From: a bacterium
Lineage (GTDB): Bacteria > Patescibacteriota > Saccharimonadia > Saccharimonadales > SZUA-47
DNA length: 42,994 nt
Assembly: GCA_030430915.1 (NCBI GenBank)
Contig: JAUIKH010000003.1
Location: forward strand, 1-42,994
Direction of reading: 5' to 3'
Below are positions 28,730-37,574 of this stretch, in pieces. The position numbers and the translations under genes are program-made. Below the pieces are notes generated by a model. The model did not search any database and had not been told where the DNA came from. It saw only the letters and a program-made list of their open reading frames with translations. Positions within the stretch are counted from its first letter, which is position 1; each line of letters opens with the position of its first letter.

Positions 28730-29914
28730 TTACTTGGTAATTTTAGTAACTACTCCAGCACCTACAGTCCGTCCGCCTTCACGGATGGCGAATCGTAAAC
28801 CTTGATCCATAGCAATTGGAGCAAGAAGTTTTACCTTAAACGTGACTGTGTCACCAGGCATAACCATTTCTTTATCAGCAGGAAGCTCAACCTCACCAGT
28901 TACGTCAGTTGTTCTGAAGTAAAACTGTGGTTTGTAGCCCTTAAAGAATGGTGTGTGTCTACCGCCTTCTTCTTTTGTAAGTACATAAACTTCTGCATCA
29001 AACTCTGTATGAGGTGTTATTGTTCCTGGCTTTGCTAGAACTTGTCCACGTTCTATATCATCACGTTCAATTCCACGAAGCAAAATACCAGCGTTATCTC
29101 CAGATTGACCTTGATCTAAAGATTTTTTGAAGGCTTCAATACCTGTAACTACTGATTTTTTAGTGTCTCTGATTCCGACAATTTCTACTTCATCATTAAC
29201 TTTGATGATTCCAGTTTCAATACGTCCAGTTGCTACTGTTCCACGTCCTTTGATTGAGAATACATCTTCTATAGGCATTAGGAAATCTTTATCAAGCTCT
29301 CTTTTCGGCTCTGGAATGTAATCATCCATAGCTTTAATAAGTTCCATAATACTTTCTTGATACTTATCATCACCTTCAAGAGCTTTTAGTGCTGAACCTT
29401 TGATTATTGGTGCGTTATCACCATCAAATTCGTACTTAGATAATAGTTCTCTTACGTCCATTTCAACAAGCTCAACTAGTTCTTCGTCTGCCATATCCAT
29501 TTTATTTAGGAATACAACAATTTTTGGAACGCCTACTTGTTTTGCTAGCAATACGTGTTCTCTAGTCTGTGGCATAGGGCCATCAGCAGCTGAGACCACC
29601 AAAATAGCTCCGTCCACTTGAGCCGCGCCTGTGATCATGTTTTTAACATAGTCTGCGTGACCAGGCATATCTACGTGAGCGTAGTGTCTGCTGTCTGATT
29701 CATATTCTTGGTGAGAAGTTGCAATAGTTATACCGCGAGCTTTCTCTTCTGGTGCTTTATCAATTGCATCAAATGCAACTGCTTTATTTACGTCGCTTGG
29801 AAGCTTTTTAGCCAAAGTAGCTGTAATAGCTGCTGTTAATGTTGTTTTACCGTGGTCGACGTGACCCATTGTACCAACATTTACGTGTGGCTTGCTTCTA
29901 TCAAAATCTGCCAT
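28730..29914 (-). CDS. tuf: Elongation factor Tu
   Basis: [22 protein letters not shown] and [10 protein letters not shown]. Confidence 0.98.
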   Translation of the reverse strand: MADFDRSKPHVNVGTMGHVDHGKTTLTAAITATLAKKLPSDVNKAVAFDAIDKAPEEKARGITIATSHQEYESDSRHYAHVDMPGHADYVKNMITGAAQVDGAILVVSAADGPMPQTREHVLLAKQVGVPKIVVFLNKMDMADEELVELVEMDVRELLSKYEFDGDNAPIIKGSALKALEGDDKYQESIMELIKAMDDYIPEPKRELDKDFLMPIEDVFSIKGRGTVATGRIETGIIKVNDEVEIVGIRDTKKSVVTGIEAFKKSLDQGQSGDNAGILLRGIERDDIERGQVLAKPGTITPHTEFDAEVYVLTKEEGGRHTPFFKGYKPQFYFRTTDVTGEVELPADKEMVMPGDTVTFKVKLLAPIAMDQGLRFAIREGGRTVGAGVVTKITK

Positions 29915-30027
29915 TTTATCTCCTAATGGTTAATTTTAAATTAATAATTATGTTCGCGATCCATATTGCTAGTTATCAAAAATATTTGATTACACTAGAG
30001 CAAAGCCCTCACGCGAGTTACTCTGTT

Positions 30028-30057
30028 ATTATAACAGTTAACTCAAATATTTATCAA
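30028..30057 (-). promoter_or_regulatory. Dedicated promoter for tuf
   Basis: TTGATA-18 nt-TATAAT with TG extension. Confidence 0.65.
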
Positions 30058-30075
30058 GCCAAAAAGTAATATTAT

Positions 30076-30309
30076 TTACCTATTTAAAGGGCAATATGAA
30101 ATTGTTATTTCGTTGCCTAAAATTTTCCTTGATAACCAATTTTTTCTTTCTTTTGTAACTTCTATTGGTCCATCGCAATTTTTTGGGCACTCAGTATCTA
30201 AAGTCTTATTAGGTATTGTTAAGTTTATACTTAAAGGACTTGCTGTTGTGTCTATAGTTTTATTATTTTTTTCTGCTACAGGACAATGATTAATTTTATC
30301 TTGTTCCAT
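30076..30309 (-). CDS. Hypothetical 77-aa protein with four Cys
   Basis: Starts 9 nt after the fusA stop with an AAGGA SD; fills the gap up to the tuf promoter. Confidence 0.65.
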   Translation of the reverse strand: MEQDKINHCPVAEKNNKTIDTTASPLSINLTIPNKTLDTECPKNCDGPIEVTKERKNWLSRKILGNEITISYCPLNR

Positions 30310-30318
30310 GACTAATCC

Positions 30319-32406
30319 TTACTTTGAATTTTGAGCAATTATTGCTTCCGCTACGTTATTTGGCACATCTGCATAGTGATCTAATTCCATAGATGAGCTA
30401 GCCCTACCCTGCGTCATTGACCTTAAGTTTGTGGTGTAACCAAACATTTCTCCCAATGGTACAAAAGCAGTTATTTCTTTGACATTGGCAGGAAGATCTT
30501 CCATGGTTTCAACACGTCCACGTTTAGCATTAAGATCGCCGATTACGTCTCCCATAAATTCTTCTGGAGTTACTGCTACGACTTTCATGACAGGTTCCAA
30601 AATAACAGGAGAAGCTTGTTTTACTCCAGATTGTAGAGCCATTGAACCTGCAACTTTAAAGGCCATTTCTGAAGAGTCAACATCATGGTATGAGCCATCA
30701 TAAAGTTCTGCTTTAATATCTACCACCGGATACCCAGCCAAAACACCATTGCTCATAGCTTCGACTATTCCCTGCTGAACAGGCTTTATATATTCTTGAG
30801 GTACGGCACCACCTTTTATTGAATTTATAAACTCAAATCCTTTACCAGCTTCATTTTGAGATAGTCTTAACCAAACATCACCATACTGACCACGTCCACC
30901 AGACTGTTTAATGAATTTACCTTGTACTTCAACACCGTCTTTTCTGATTGTTTCACGATATGCTACCTGGGGTGCACCGATATTGGCCTCGACCTTAAAT
31001 TCTCGTTTCATTCTATCAACTAAAATTTCTAGATGAAGCTCACCCATTCCACTAATAACTGTCTGGCCTGTTTCATCATCAACTTTTACTCTGAATGTTG
31101 GATCTTCTTCGGCTAATCTTTGTAATGCTATGCTCATTTTTTCTTGATCAGATTTAGTCTTTGGCTCAATAGCAATGCTTACAGGAGGTTCAGGAAAGTC
31201 AATAGACTCTAAAACAATTGTGTTGTTTGGATCACACAAAGTATTTCCTGTTGTAGTCTTTTTCAAACCCACAATAGCAGCAATATCACCAGCTTCGACT
31301 TCTTGCACTTCTTCACGTTTATCTGCTTGCATTCTAACAATACGCCCAATACGCTCTTTTTCACCATTAGAACTATTTACTACATAAGACCCAGCTTTTA
31401 GTACGCCTGAATAAACTCTGAAATATGCCAGTTTTCCAACAAATGGATCAGATGTGATCTTGAAAGCTAGACCGGATAGTGGCTCATCAACTGATGGTTT
31501 TCTCTCGATTTTGTCTCCAGATTTAGGGTGTTCACCCCATGTTGAGCCTCGATCTACGGGACTTGGCATTAACTCATTGATTAGGTCTAATACTTTTTCA
31601 ACAATCACTCCACGACCATCGCCACCGGTAACAGCAAAAAACTTACCGCTTAAGACTGCAGAACGAATAGCTTGCTTTATATCATCTTCACTAAGACCTT
31701 CTTCGCCTTCTTCAAGATATTTTTCTAAATACTTTTCATCTTCTGCAACAGCATTTTCAATCAAAAGACTGCGATAACGTGCAGCTTTTTCTTTCATGTC
31801 TTCAGGTATTTCTCCTTCAACAAGCTCTTTATCAGCAAAATCTTTATAGGTGTAAGCTTTCATATTTACTAGATCAATAACACCATTAATACTTTGCTCA
31901 AAACCAATTGGTAGGTGAATTGGGAAAGCTGCTTTTGTAAGTCTATTGTGAATACTATCTAGTGACGCGTAGAAATCACCACCTGTTTGGTTAATTTTAT
32001 TTATAAAGCAAATTCTAGGTACTTCATATTTATTCGCTTGACGCCAAACGGTTTCAGACTGTGATTCAACACCCATTTTACCGTCGAATACAACAACGGC
32101 ACCATCAAGTACACGCAATGACCTTTCGACTTCAACAGTGAAATCAATGTGACCAGGTGTATCAATAATGTTTATCTGATGTTCTTTCCAATAACAAGTT
32201 ACAGCAGCTGATACGATAGTAATACCTCGTTCACGCTCTTGAGCCATCCAGTCTGTAGTTGTCTCTCCTTCATGAACTGCGCCGATTTTGTGGCTTAATC
32301 CCGTTCTATATAGAATTCCTTCAGTAGTAGTGGTTTTACCAGCATCTATATGAGCTATAATCCCAATGTTTCTAATTTTTCCTAGTGGTGTTTTCTTTCC
32401 TGCCAT
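30319..32406 (-). CDS. fusA: Elongation factor G (atypical G4/G5 motifs)
   Basis: [38 protein letters not shown]; position in the str operon. Confidence 0.98.
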   Translation of the reverse strand: MAGKKTPLGKIRNIGIIAHIDAGKTTTTEGILYRTGLSHKIGAVHEGETTTDWMAQERERGITIVSAAVTCYWKEHQINIIDTPGHIDFTVEVERSLRVLDGAVVVFDGKMGVESQSETVWRQANKYEVPRICFINKINQTGGDFYASLDSIHNRLTKAAFPIHLPIGFEQSINGVIDLVNMKAYTYKDFADKELVEGEIPEDMKEKAARYRSLLIENAVAEDEKYLEKYLEEGEEGLSEDDIKQAIRSAVLSGKFFAVTGGDGRGVIVEKVLDLINELMPSPVDRGSTWGEHPKSGDKIERKPSVDEPLSGLAFKITSDPFVGKLAYFRVYSGVLKAGSYVVNSSNGEKERIGRIVRMQADKREEVQEVEAGDIAAIVGLKKTTTGNTLCDPNNTIVLESIDFPEPPVSIAIEPKTKSDQEKMSIALQRLAEEDPTFRVKVDDETGQTVISGMGELHLEILVDRMKREFKVEANIGAPQVAYRETIRKDGVEVQGKFIKQSGGRGQYGDVWLRLSQNEAGKGFEFINSIKGGAVPQEYIKPVQQGIVEAMSNGVLAGYPVVDIKAELYDGSYHDVDSSEMAFKVAGSMALQSGVKQASPVILEPVMKVVAVTPEEFMGDVIGDLNAKRGRVETMEDLPANVKEITAFVPLGEMFGYTTNLRSMTQGRASSSMELDHYADVPNNVAEAIIAQNSK

Positions 32407-32407
32407 A

Positions 32408-32692
32408 TTATCTTTCTGAATTAATTAATATTTCGTTAGCTATATCTATTATATTATCTCTATCAATATTTTTTGCTGGCTCTCCTAATGCATACTTAGA
32501 AAATCTATTTTCATAATGACGCATTAGTAACCCGGACGGTAAATAAACTAGTCTTAAAGCCATATGACCAAGCGCTGCGATAGGTGAAGCTGGTCCATAA
32601 TAGAGTGTTTCTTGGATGCCATCGTGTCTATTAAAATTTTGTGCAAATCTCGAAGCAAGTCTTTCTGCCTTTTTATCAAATTCATCAACCAT
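32408..32692 (-). CDS. Hypothetical 94-aa protein between rpsG and fusA
   Basis: ATG 32692 lies 10 nt after the rpsG stop, and the stop lies 1 nt before the fusA ATG. Confidence 0.65.
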   Translation of the reverse strand: MVDEFDKKAERLASRFAQNFNRHDGIQETLYYGPASPIAALGHMALRLVYLPSGLLMRHYENRFSKYALGEPAKNIDRDNIIDIANEILINSER

Positions 32693-32702
32693 GAAAATAT
32701 GT

Positions 32703-33179
32703 CTATCTCGCAAAGTGAGCAAAGGCTCGGTTAGACTCTGCCATCTTATGCGTATCTTCTTTTTTCTTGAAGGCTGTACCTGTCTCATTGTAAGCATCAG
32801 CCAGTTCTTGAGCTATTCTCTCACTCATTGGCATACCTTTTTTAGACCTTGCGGCAGCTACAAACCACATCATTGTAAGATGTTTTTGTCTTTGACCTTT
32901 AACTTCAAAAGGTATTTGATAGTTAGCTCCACCTACTCTTCGAGACCTAGTTTCCATATAAGGAGTAACATTCTTGATAGCTTTATCAAAAACTTCTAAA
33001 GGATTATCACTTTTTACTTTTTTTGCTGCACTTTCCATGGCATCGTAAACGATTCGTTCTGCTAATTGTTTTTTACCGTTTAGCATTACTCTATTAATTA
33101 GTCTTTGGACCATTTCTGAGTTGTATTTTCTATCAGGTAATTTTGGTCGAACTAAAGCTTTTGTAGTTTTCCTAGGCAT
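32703..33179 (-). CDS. rpsG: 30S ribosomal protein S7
   Basis: RSRRVGGANYQIP and HKMAESNRAFAHF. Confidence 0.97.
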   Translation of the reverse strand: MPRKTTKALVRPKLPDRKYNSEMVQRLINRVMLNGKKQLAERIVYDAMESAAKKVKSDNPLEVFDKAIKNVTPYMETRSRRVGGANYQIPFEVKGQRQKHLTMMWFVAAARSKKGMPMSERIAQELADAYNETGTAFKKKEDTHKMAESNRAFAHFAR

Positions 33180-33181
33180 TT

Positions 33182-33595
33182 TTATTTACCGTCCTTCTTA
33201 GTGCCATATTTTGAACGGCCTCTTTTACGTCCTTCTACACCTTGAAGGTCCAATGAACCTCTAACAACATGGTAACGAACACCCGGTAGATCTTTAACTC
33301 TTCCGCCTCTAATTAGCACTACAGCATGCTCTTGTAAATTATGGCCTTCGCCACCAATATAAGCCCATACTTCGTAGCCGTTATTTAAACGAACACGAGC
33401 TACTTTACGTAGTGCTGAGTTAGGTTTTTTAGGAGTTTTAGTTGTAACTTTTATGCATACACCTCTTTTTAACGGAGAAGCTTTGTCATAGTTTGTTGTG
33501 TTTAGATTGTTCACCACCTTATGCAGGGCTGGTGACTTACTTTTTGGTTTAGCTGATTTTCTTGGCTTTCTAACCAATTGATTAATTGTTGGCAT
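33182..33595 (-). CDS. rpsL: 30S ribosomal protein S12
   Basis: [20 protein letters not shown] and [10 protein letters not shown]. Start moved to ATG 33595 (AAAGGA SD). Confidence 0.98.
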   Translation of the reverse strand: MPTINQLVRKPRKSAKPKSKSPALHKVVNNLNTTNYDKASPLKRGVCIKVTTKTPKKPNSALRKVARVRLNNGYEVWAYIGGEGHNLQEHAVVLIRGGRVKDLPGVRYHVVRGSLDLQGVEGRKRGRSKYGTKKDGK

Positions 33596-33698
33596 AAATT
33601 CCTTTCTTAGTTTTGCAGTTTTCTGCTTCATGGGTCCAGTGCCTTATGCCTAGTACTAGATTATTCCACGGCTCGAACTGCATTTAAATTAATACTTT

Positions 33699-33707
33699 AT
33701 TTTAACA
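33699..33707 (-). promoter_or_regulatory. Extended -10 promoter for the str operon
   Basis: TGtTAAAAT directly after the rpoC stop. Confidence 0.45.
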
Positions 33708-33710
33708 GAT

Positions 33711-36700
33711 TTATTCTGCTGTGACAACTTCCTGATCCTCTACAACAACGTCATCTTCGAATTCATTGTTTTCAAATTCTTCTACTTCATCTTCATCACT
33801 ATCATCTTTTACTCCAGTTCCGACAGGGATTTTTCGACCAAGTATGACATTCTCTTTCAACCCAAACAGATTATCTACTTTACCGCTAGTAGCTGCTCCA
33901 ATTAGGACTCTTGTAGTATCTTGGAAGCTGGCCGCGCTTAGGAAAGAATCAGTTGAAAGACTAGCTTTTGTAATACCTAGTAGTAGCTGATTGTATCTAA
34001 TTAGCTGTTTTCCCTTATCAGATAATTTTTGGTTGATTTCTAGTACTGACTGCTTACTAACAATGTCACCTGTGACTAATTCACTATCCCCAGGCTCATC
34101 AACTTGAACTCGGCTAAACATTTGACGGACTATTATTTCCAAGTGTTTATCAGCAATATTTTGTCCTTGAGCTGCAAAAATGCTTAGAACTTCATTCATT
34201 ATGTATCTTTGTGTGTCTTCAGGTCCTGAATACTTCATTAATTCTTGAAGATTTAGTGAACCGTTGGTCAGTCTATCTCCAGCAACAACACTATCGCCAT
34301 CCTTTACTGTTAGCTGCTTATATCCAGGGATTTCGTATCTTTCAGATCCTTGTTTTCCTGGTGTTATAACCAGTTTATTTCCTTCAGCAATATCAACCAC
34401 ACCATTTATAGGTGATGTAACTACGTCTGATCCATCATCTTTACTTGCTAACACTTCGCCAGTTTGAACGGTGCTTCCAGATGCAACACGAACAATTTGA
34501 TCTTTAAGATTAATTTCCTTAACTTTTTTCTCCTTAGGAGCTATTTGTACAATGTACTTATCACCTTCTTCCCAAGTACTAACCACACCATCAACTTCTG
34601 AAAGAAAAGCCTGACCTTTAGGAGTTCTAGCTTCGAATAACTCTTCAACACGTGGAAGACCTGTGGTGATATCTTCACCAGCTACACCACCAGAGTGGAA
34701 AGTCTTAAGTGTTAACTGAGTTCCAGGTTCTCCGATACTTTGAGCCGCTATAACACCAACTGGGTGATACAGGCTGACTAATTGACCTGTCGCTGGGTCA
34801 TCACCATAACTTTTTTGAGGAATGCCTTTGACAGAAGGAACGGATAATACACTCATTATTTTCACACCATCAATTTTCTCATCTTTATCGATTGCTTCTG
34901 CTATATCTTTTGTGATTAGTTCACCTTTTTTAACATGACCAGGTACATCTACAGCTGAATATCTACCTTCTAATCTTGAACCGTAGGATACTCCAATATA
35001 TTCTGCACCTTTTCTGTAATGTGCAAATCCTGGGTCATCAATATCCTCATCAGTAGTGAACACATCTTGTGATACATCTACTAATCTTCTTGTTAGATAA
35101 CCTGAATCAGCTGTTTTCAAAGCAGTGTCAATCATACCCTTACGAGCACCACGTGTAGCTGTAAAGTATTCTAGAGGTGTAAATCCGTACTTATAGTTAC
35201 TGGTAATTGGTAGCTCGATTGCTTTACCGGTAGCATCTGTTACAACACCCATCATTCCGACTGCTGTCATAACCTGTCCAATGTTACCCCTAGCACCTGA
35301 GTTAACAGCTGTAGACATTGAACTATCTTCTTTAATGAACTGTGCAGCAATTGTATTTTGGACTTCATTTGTTGCTTTCATCCAGTTGTCAACTGTCAGT
35401 TTGTACCTTTCACTATCAGTGATGAATCCTTGATCATACTGATCACTGATTTCTGCTGCTTTCTTTTCACCCTCATCAATTATTTTTTGCACGCCATTAA
35501 CTTCACTGAAGTCATCCATTCCCATTGATAGACCAGACCTAGTAGCAAATTCAAATCCGACTCGTTTTAAATTGTCAGCTATAACAGCAGCGTGTTCTTG
35601 ACCATACTTATCATGAACCTGTGCTAAAACATTTTGTAGCTTTTTCTTAGTCATTTCAGAATCTTGAAATTCAAAATCATCAGGAAATATTTCGTTAAAT
35701 ATTAGTCTACCTAAAGTTGTCTCTCTTACTTCACCTCTGAAAGGAACTCTGACCTTTGTTTGAGCGTTAATTTTACCTAGATCTCTAGCCATTATTGCTT
35801 CTGCAATTGAGCCGAATTCTACATCATCCTTCTTTGATGCGCCTGGCTTATCATATGTTAGATAATATGCACCTAAAACAATATCTTGTTCTATGTGTAA
35901 TATTGGCGAACCATCTGCAGGTTTTAGCAAGTTCTTATTACTTGCCATTATATCTCTAGCCTCTGCTTGAGCTTCATCAGATAAAGGCAAGTGAACAGCC
36001 ATTTGGTCACCATCAAAGTCAGCGTTAAAACCTTTACACACTAGTGGATGAAGCTGAATAGCTTTACCTTCGATTAGTTTTGGCTGAAATGCTTGGATAG
36101 ACAATCTATGAAGACTTGGAGCTCTGTTTAGTAAAACGTATTTTCCTTTAATCACATGATCCAAAGCATCCCAAACAGGTGTTTCACCCAATTCAATCAT
36201 TCTAGTTGCACTACGAATGTTATGTGCGTAATCTTGCTCAATTAAATGACCTATAACAAATGGTTTGAACAGTTCTAGTGCCATCATTTTTGGTAATCCA
36301 CATTGGTCAATACTCAATTCAGGACCTGCAACAATTACTGAACGACCGGAATAATCTACACGCTTACCAAGAAGATTCTGTCTAAATCGACCTTGCTTTC
36401 CCTTAAGCATATCGCTTAGTGACTTAAGTCTTCTTCTCTGACCTGTAGAAGCAATAGCTCTACCAGATCTGGTTGAATTATTGTCAATTAACGCATCAAC
36501 AGCTTCTTGAAGCATTCTCTGCTCGTTTCTTCGAATTACTTCAGGTGCGTTTAAATCTATTAGTTTTTTAAGACGGTTGTTACGATTTATAACTCTTCGA
36601 TATAAATCATTTAAATCACTTGTTGCAAATCTACCACCAGTTAATTGGACCATAGGCCTTAGGTCTGGTGGGATAACAGGAAGTACAGATACACACATAC

Positions 36701-37574
36701 TTGTAGGTTTTATGCCTGCTCTATCCATACTTTCAAGCAGTCTTAATCGTTTCATTAATTTCTTACGACGCTGACCTTTTGCTTCTTCAACTTCTTCTTG
36801 AAGAGTAGTTATTAGTTCAGTCATATCTACCTGTCTTAGAAGAGCCTGTAGGGCTGTACCGCCCATTCCTACTTCAATAAGTTCTGAAACTGGATCAGGT
36901 AAGTTTCTATACTCTGATTCGGAAATTAGCGCTTGTTTCTCTAGGCTAGTCAATTGATCTTTTAGTTCAGCAAAATCAGCTTCAATTTCTTCGATTTCTT
37001 TGGTCTGCATCTTAGCCAGCTCTTTAAGGTTGGCTCCTTCAAGTTGTGATTCACCTTCATATCTTGACTTAACAGCCTCTTTAGCTGCTGCGAATTCAGC
37101 TTCTTTATCAGCTAGCAGCTTGTCACGGCCTTCTGTATCAACGCTGATAATTACATAACTTGCAAAATACGCTACTTTTTCTAGATTTTTAACTGTCATA
37201 CCAAGAAGAAGACCAATCGCACTTGGCGTACCTCTTAGAAACCATATGTGAGCTACAGGGGCAGCCAGCTGTATGTGACCCATGCGTTCTCGACGTACAA
37301 TGCTTTTAGTAACGACTTCGCCTTTTTTATCTACAGCTGCTTCACGACTTCTAACCCCTTTAAACTTAGCATCATGAGGGTTGATATCTTTAACCGGGCC
37401 AAAAATTCGCTCACAAAACAGTCCATCTCTTTCAGGTTTTTGAGTACGATAATTTATTGTTTCTGGCTTTGTAACTTCTCCATGGCTCCAATCAAGAATA
37501 TCATCTGCGCTTGCAACTGACAGTCGCACTGCATCAAAATCTGTAATGTTGATTCCGCTTGAATAATTTTTCAT
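33711..37574 (-). CDS. rpoC: RNA polymerase beta' subunit
   Basis: NADFDGD, KTADSGYLTRRLVDV and QSIGEPGTQLT; acidic tail. Confidence 0.98.
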   Translation of the reverse strand: MKNYSSGINITDFDAVRLSVASADDILDWSHGEVTKPETINYRTQKPERDGLFCERIFGPVKDINPHDAKFKGVRSREAAVDKKGEVVTKSIVRRERMGHIQLAAPVAHIWFLRGTPSAIGLLLGMTVKNLEKVAYFASYVIISVDTEGRDKLLADKEAEFAAAKEAVKSRYEGESQLEGANLKELAKMQTKEIEEIEADFAELKDQLTSLEKQALISESEYRNLPDPVSELIEVGMGGTALQALLRQVDMTELITTLQEEVEEAKGQRRKKLMKRLRLLESMDRAGIKPTSMCVSVLPVIPPDLRPMVQLTGGRFATSDLNDLYRRVINRNNRLKKLIDLNAPEVIRRNEQRMLQEAVDALIDNNSTRSGRAIASTGQRRRLKSLSDMLKGKQGRFRQNLLGKRVDYSGRSVIVAGPELSIDQCGLPKMMALELFKPFVIGHLIEQDYAHNIRSATRMIELGETPVWDALDHVIKGKYVLLNRAPSLHRLSIQAFQPKLIEGKAIQLHPLVCKGFNADFDGDQMAVHLPLSDEAQAEARDIMASNKNLLKPADGSPILHIEQDIVLGAYYLTYDKPGASKKDDVEFGSIAEAIMARDLGKINAQTKVRVPFRGEVRETTLGRLIFNEIFPDDFEFQDSEMTKKKLQNVLAQVHDKYGQEHAAVIADNLKRVGFEFATRSGLSMGMDDFSEVNGVQKIIDEGEKKAAEISDQYDQGFITDSERYKLTVDNWMKATNEVQNTIAAQFIKEDSSMSTAVNSGARGNIGQVMTAVGMMGVVTDATGKAIELPITSNYKYGFTPLEYFTATRGARKGMIDTALKTADSGYLTRRLVDVSQDVFTTDEDIDDPGFAHYRKGAEYIGVSYGSRLEGRYSAVDVPGHVKKGELITKDIAEAIDKDEKIDGVKIMSVLSVPSVKGIPQKSYGDDPATGQLVSLYHPVGVIAAQSIGEPGTQLTLKTFHSGGVAGEDITTGLPRVEELFEARTPKGQAFLSEVDGVVSTWEEGDKYIVQIAPKEKKVKEINLKDQIVRVASGSTVQTGEVLASKDDGSDVVTSPINGVVDIAEGNKLVITPGKQGSERYEIPGYKQLTVKDGDSVVAGDRLTNGSLNLQELMKYSGPEDTQRYIMNEVLSIFAAQGQNIADKHLEIIVRQMFSRVQVDEPGDSELVTGDIVSKQSVLEINQKLSDKGKQLIRYNQLLLGITKASLSTDSFLSAASFQDTTRVLIGAATSGKVDNLFGLKENVILGRKIPVGTGVKDDSDEDEVEEFENNEFEDDVVVEDQEVVTAE

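Noticed and set aside
33182-33595. Streptomycin-resistance alleles or an unusual insertion in S12
   Set aside because: TPKKPNSA and RVKDLPG are wild type, and the N-terminal insertion resembles that of Firmicutes-type S12.
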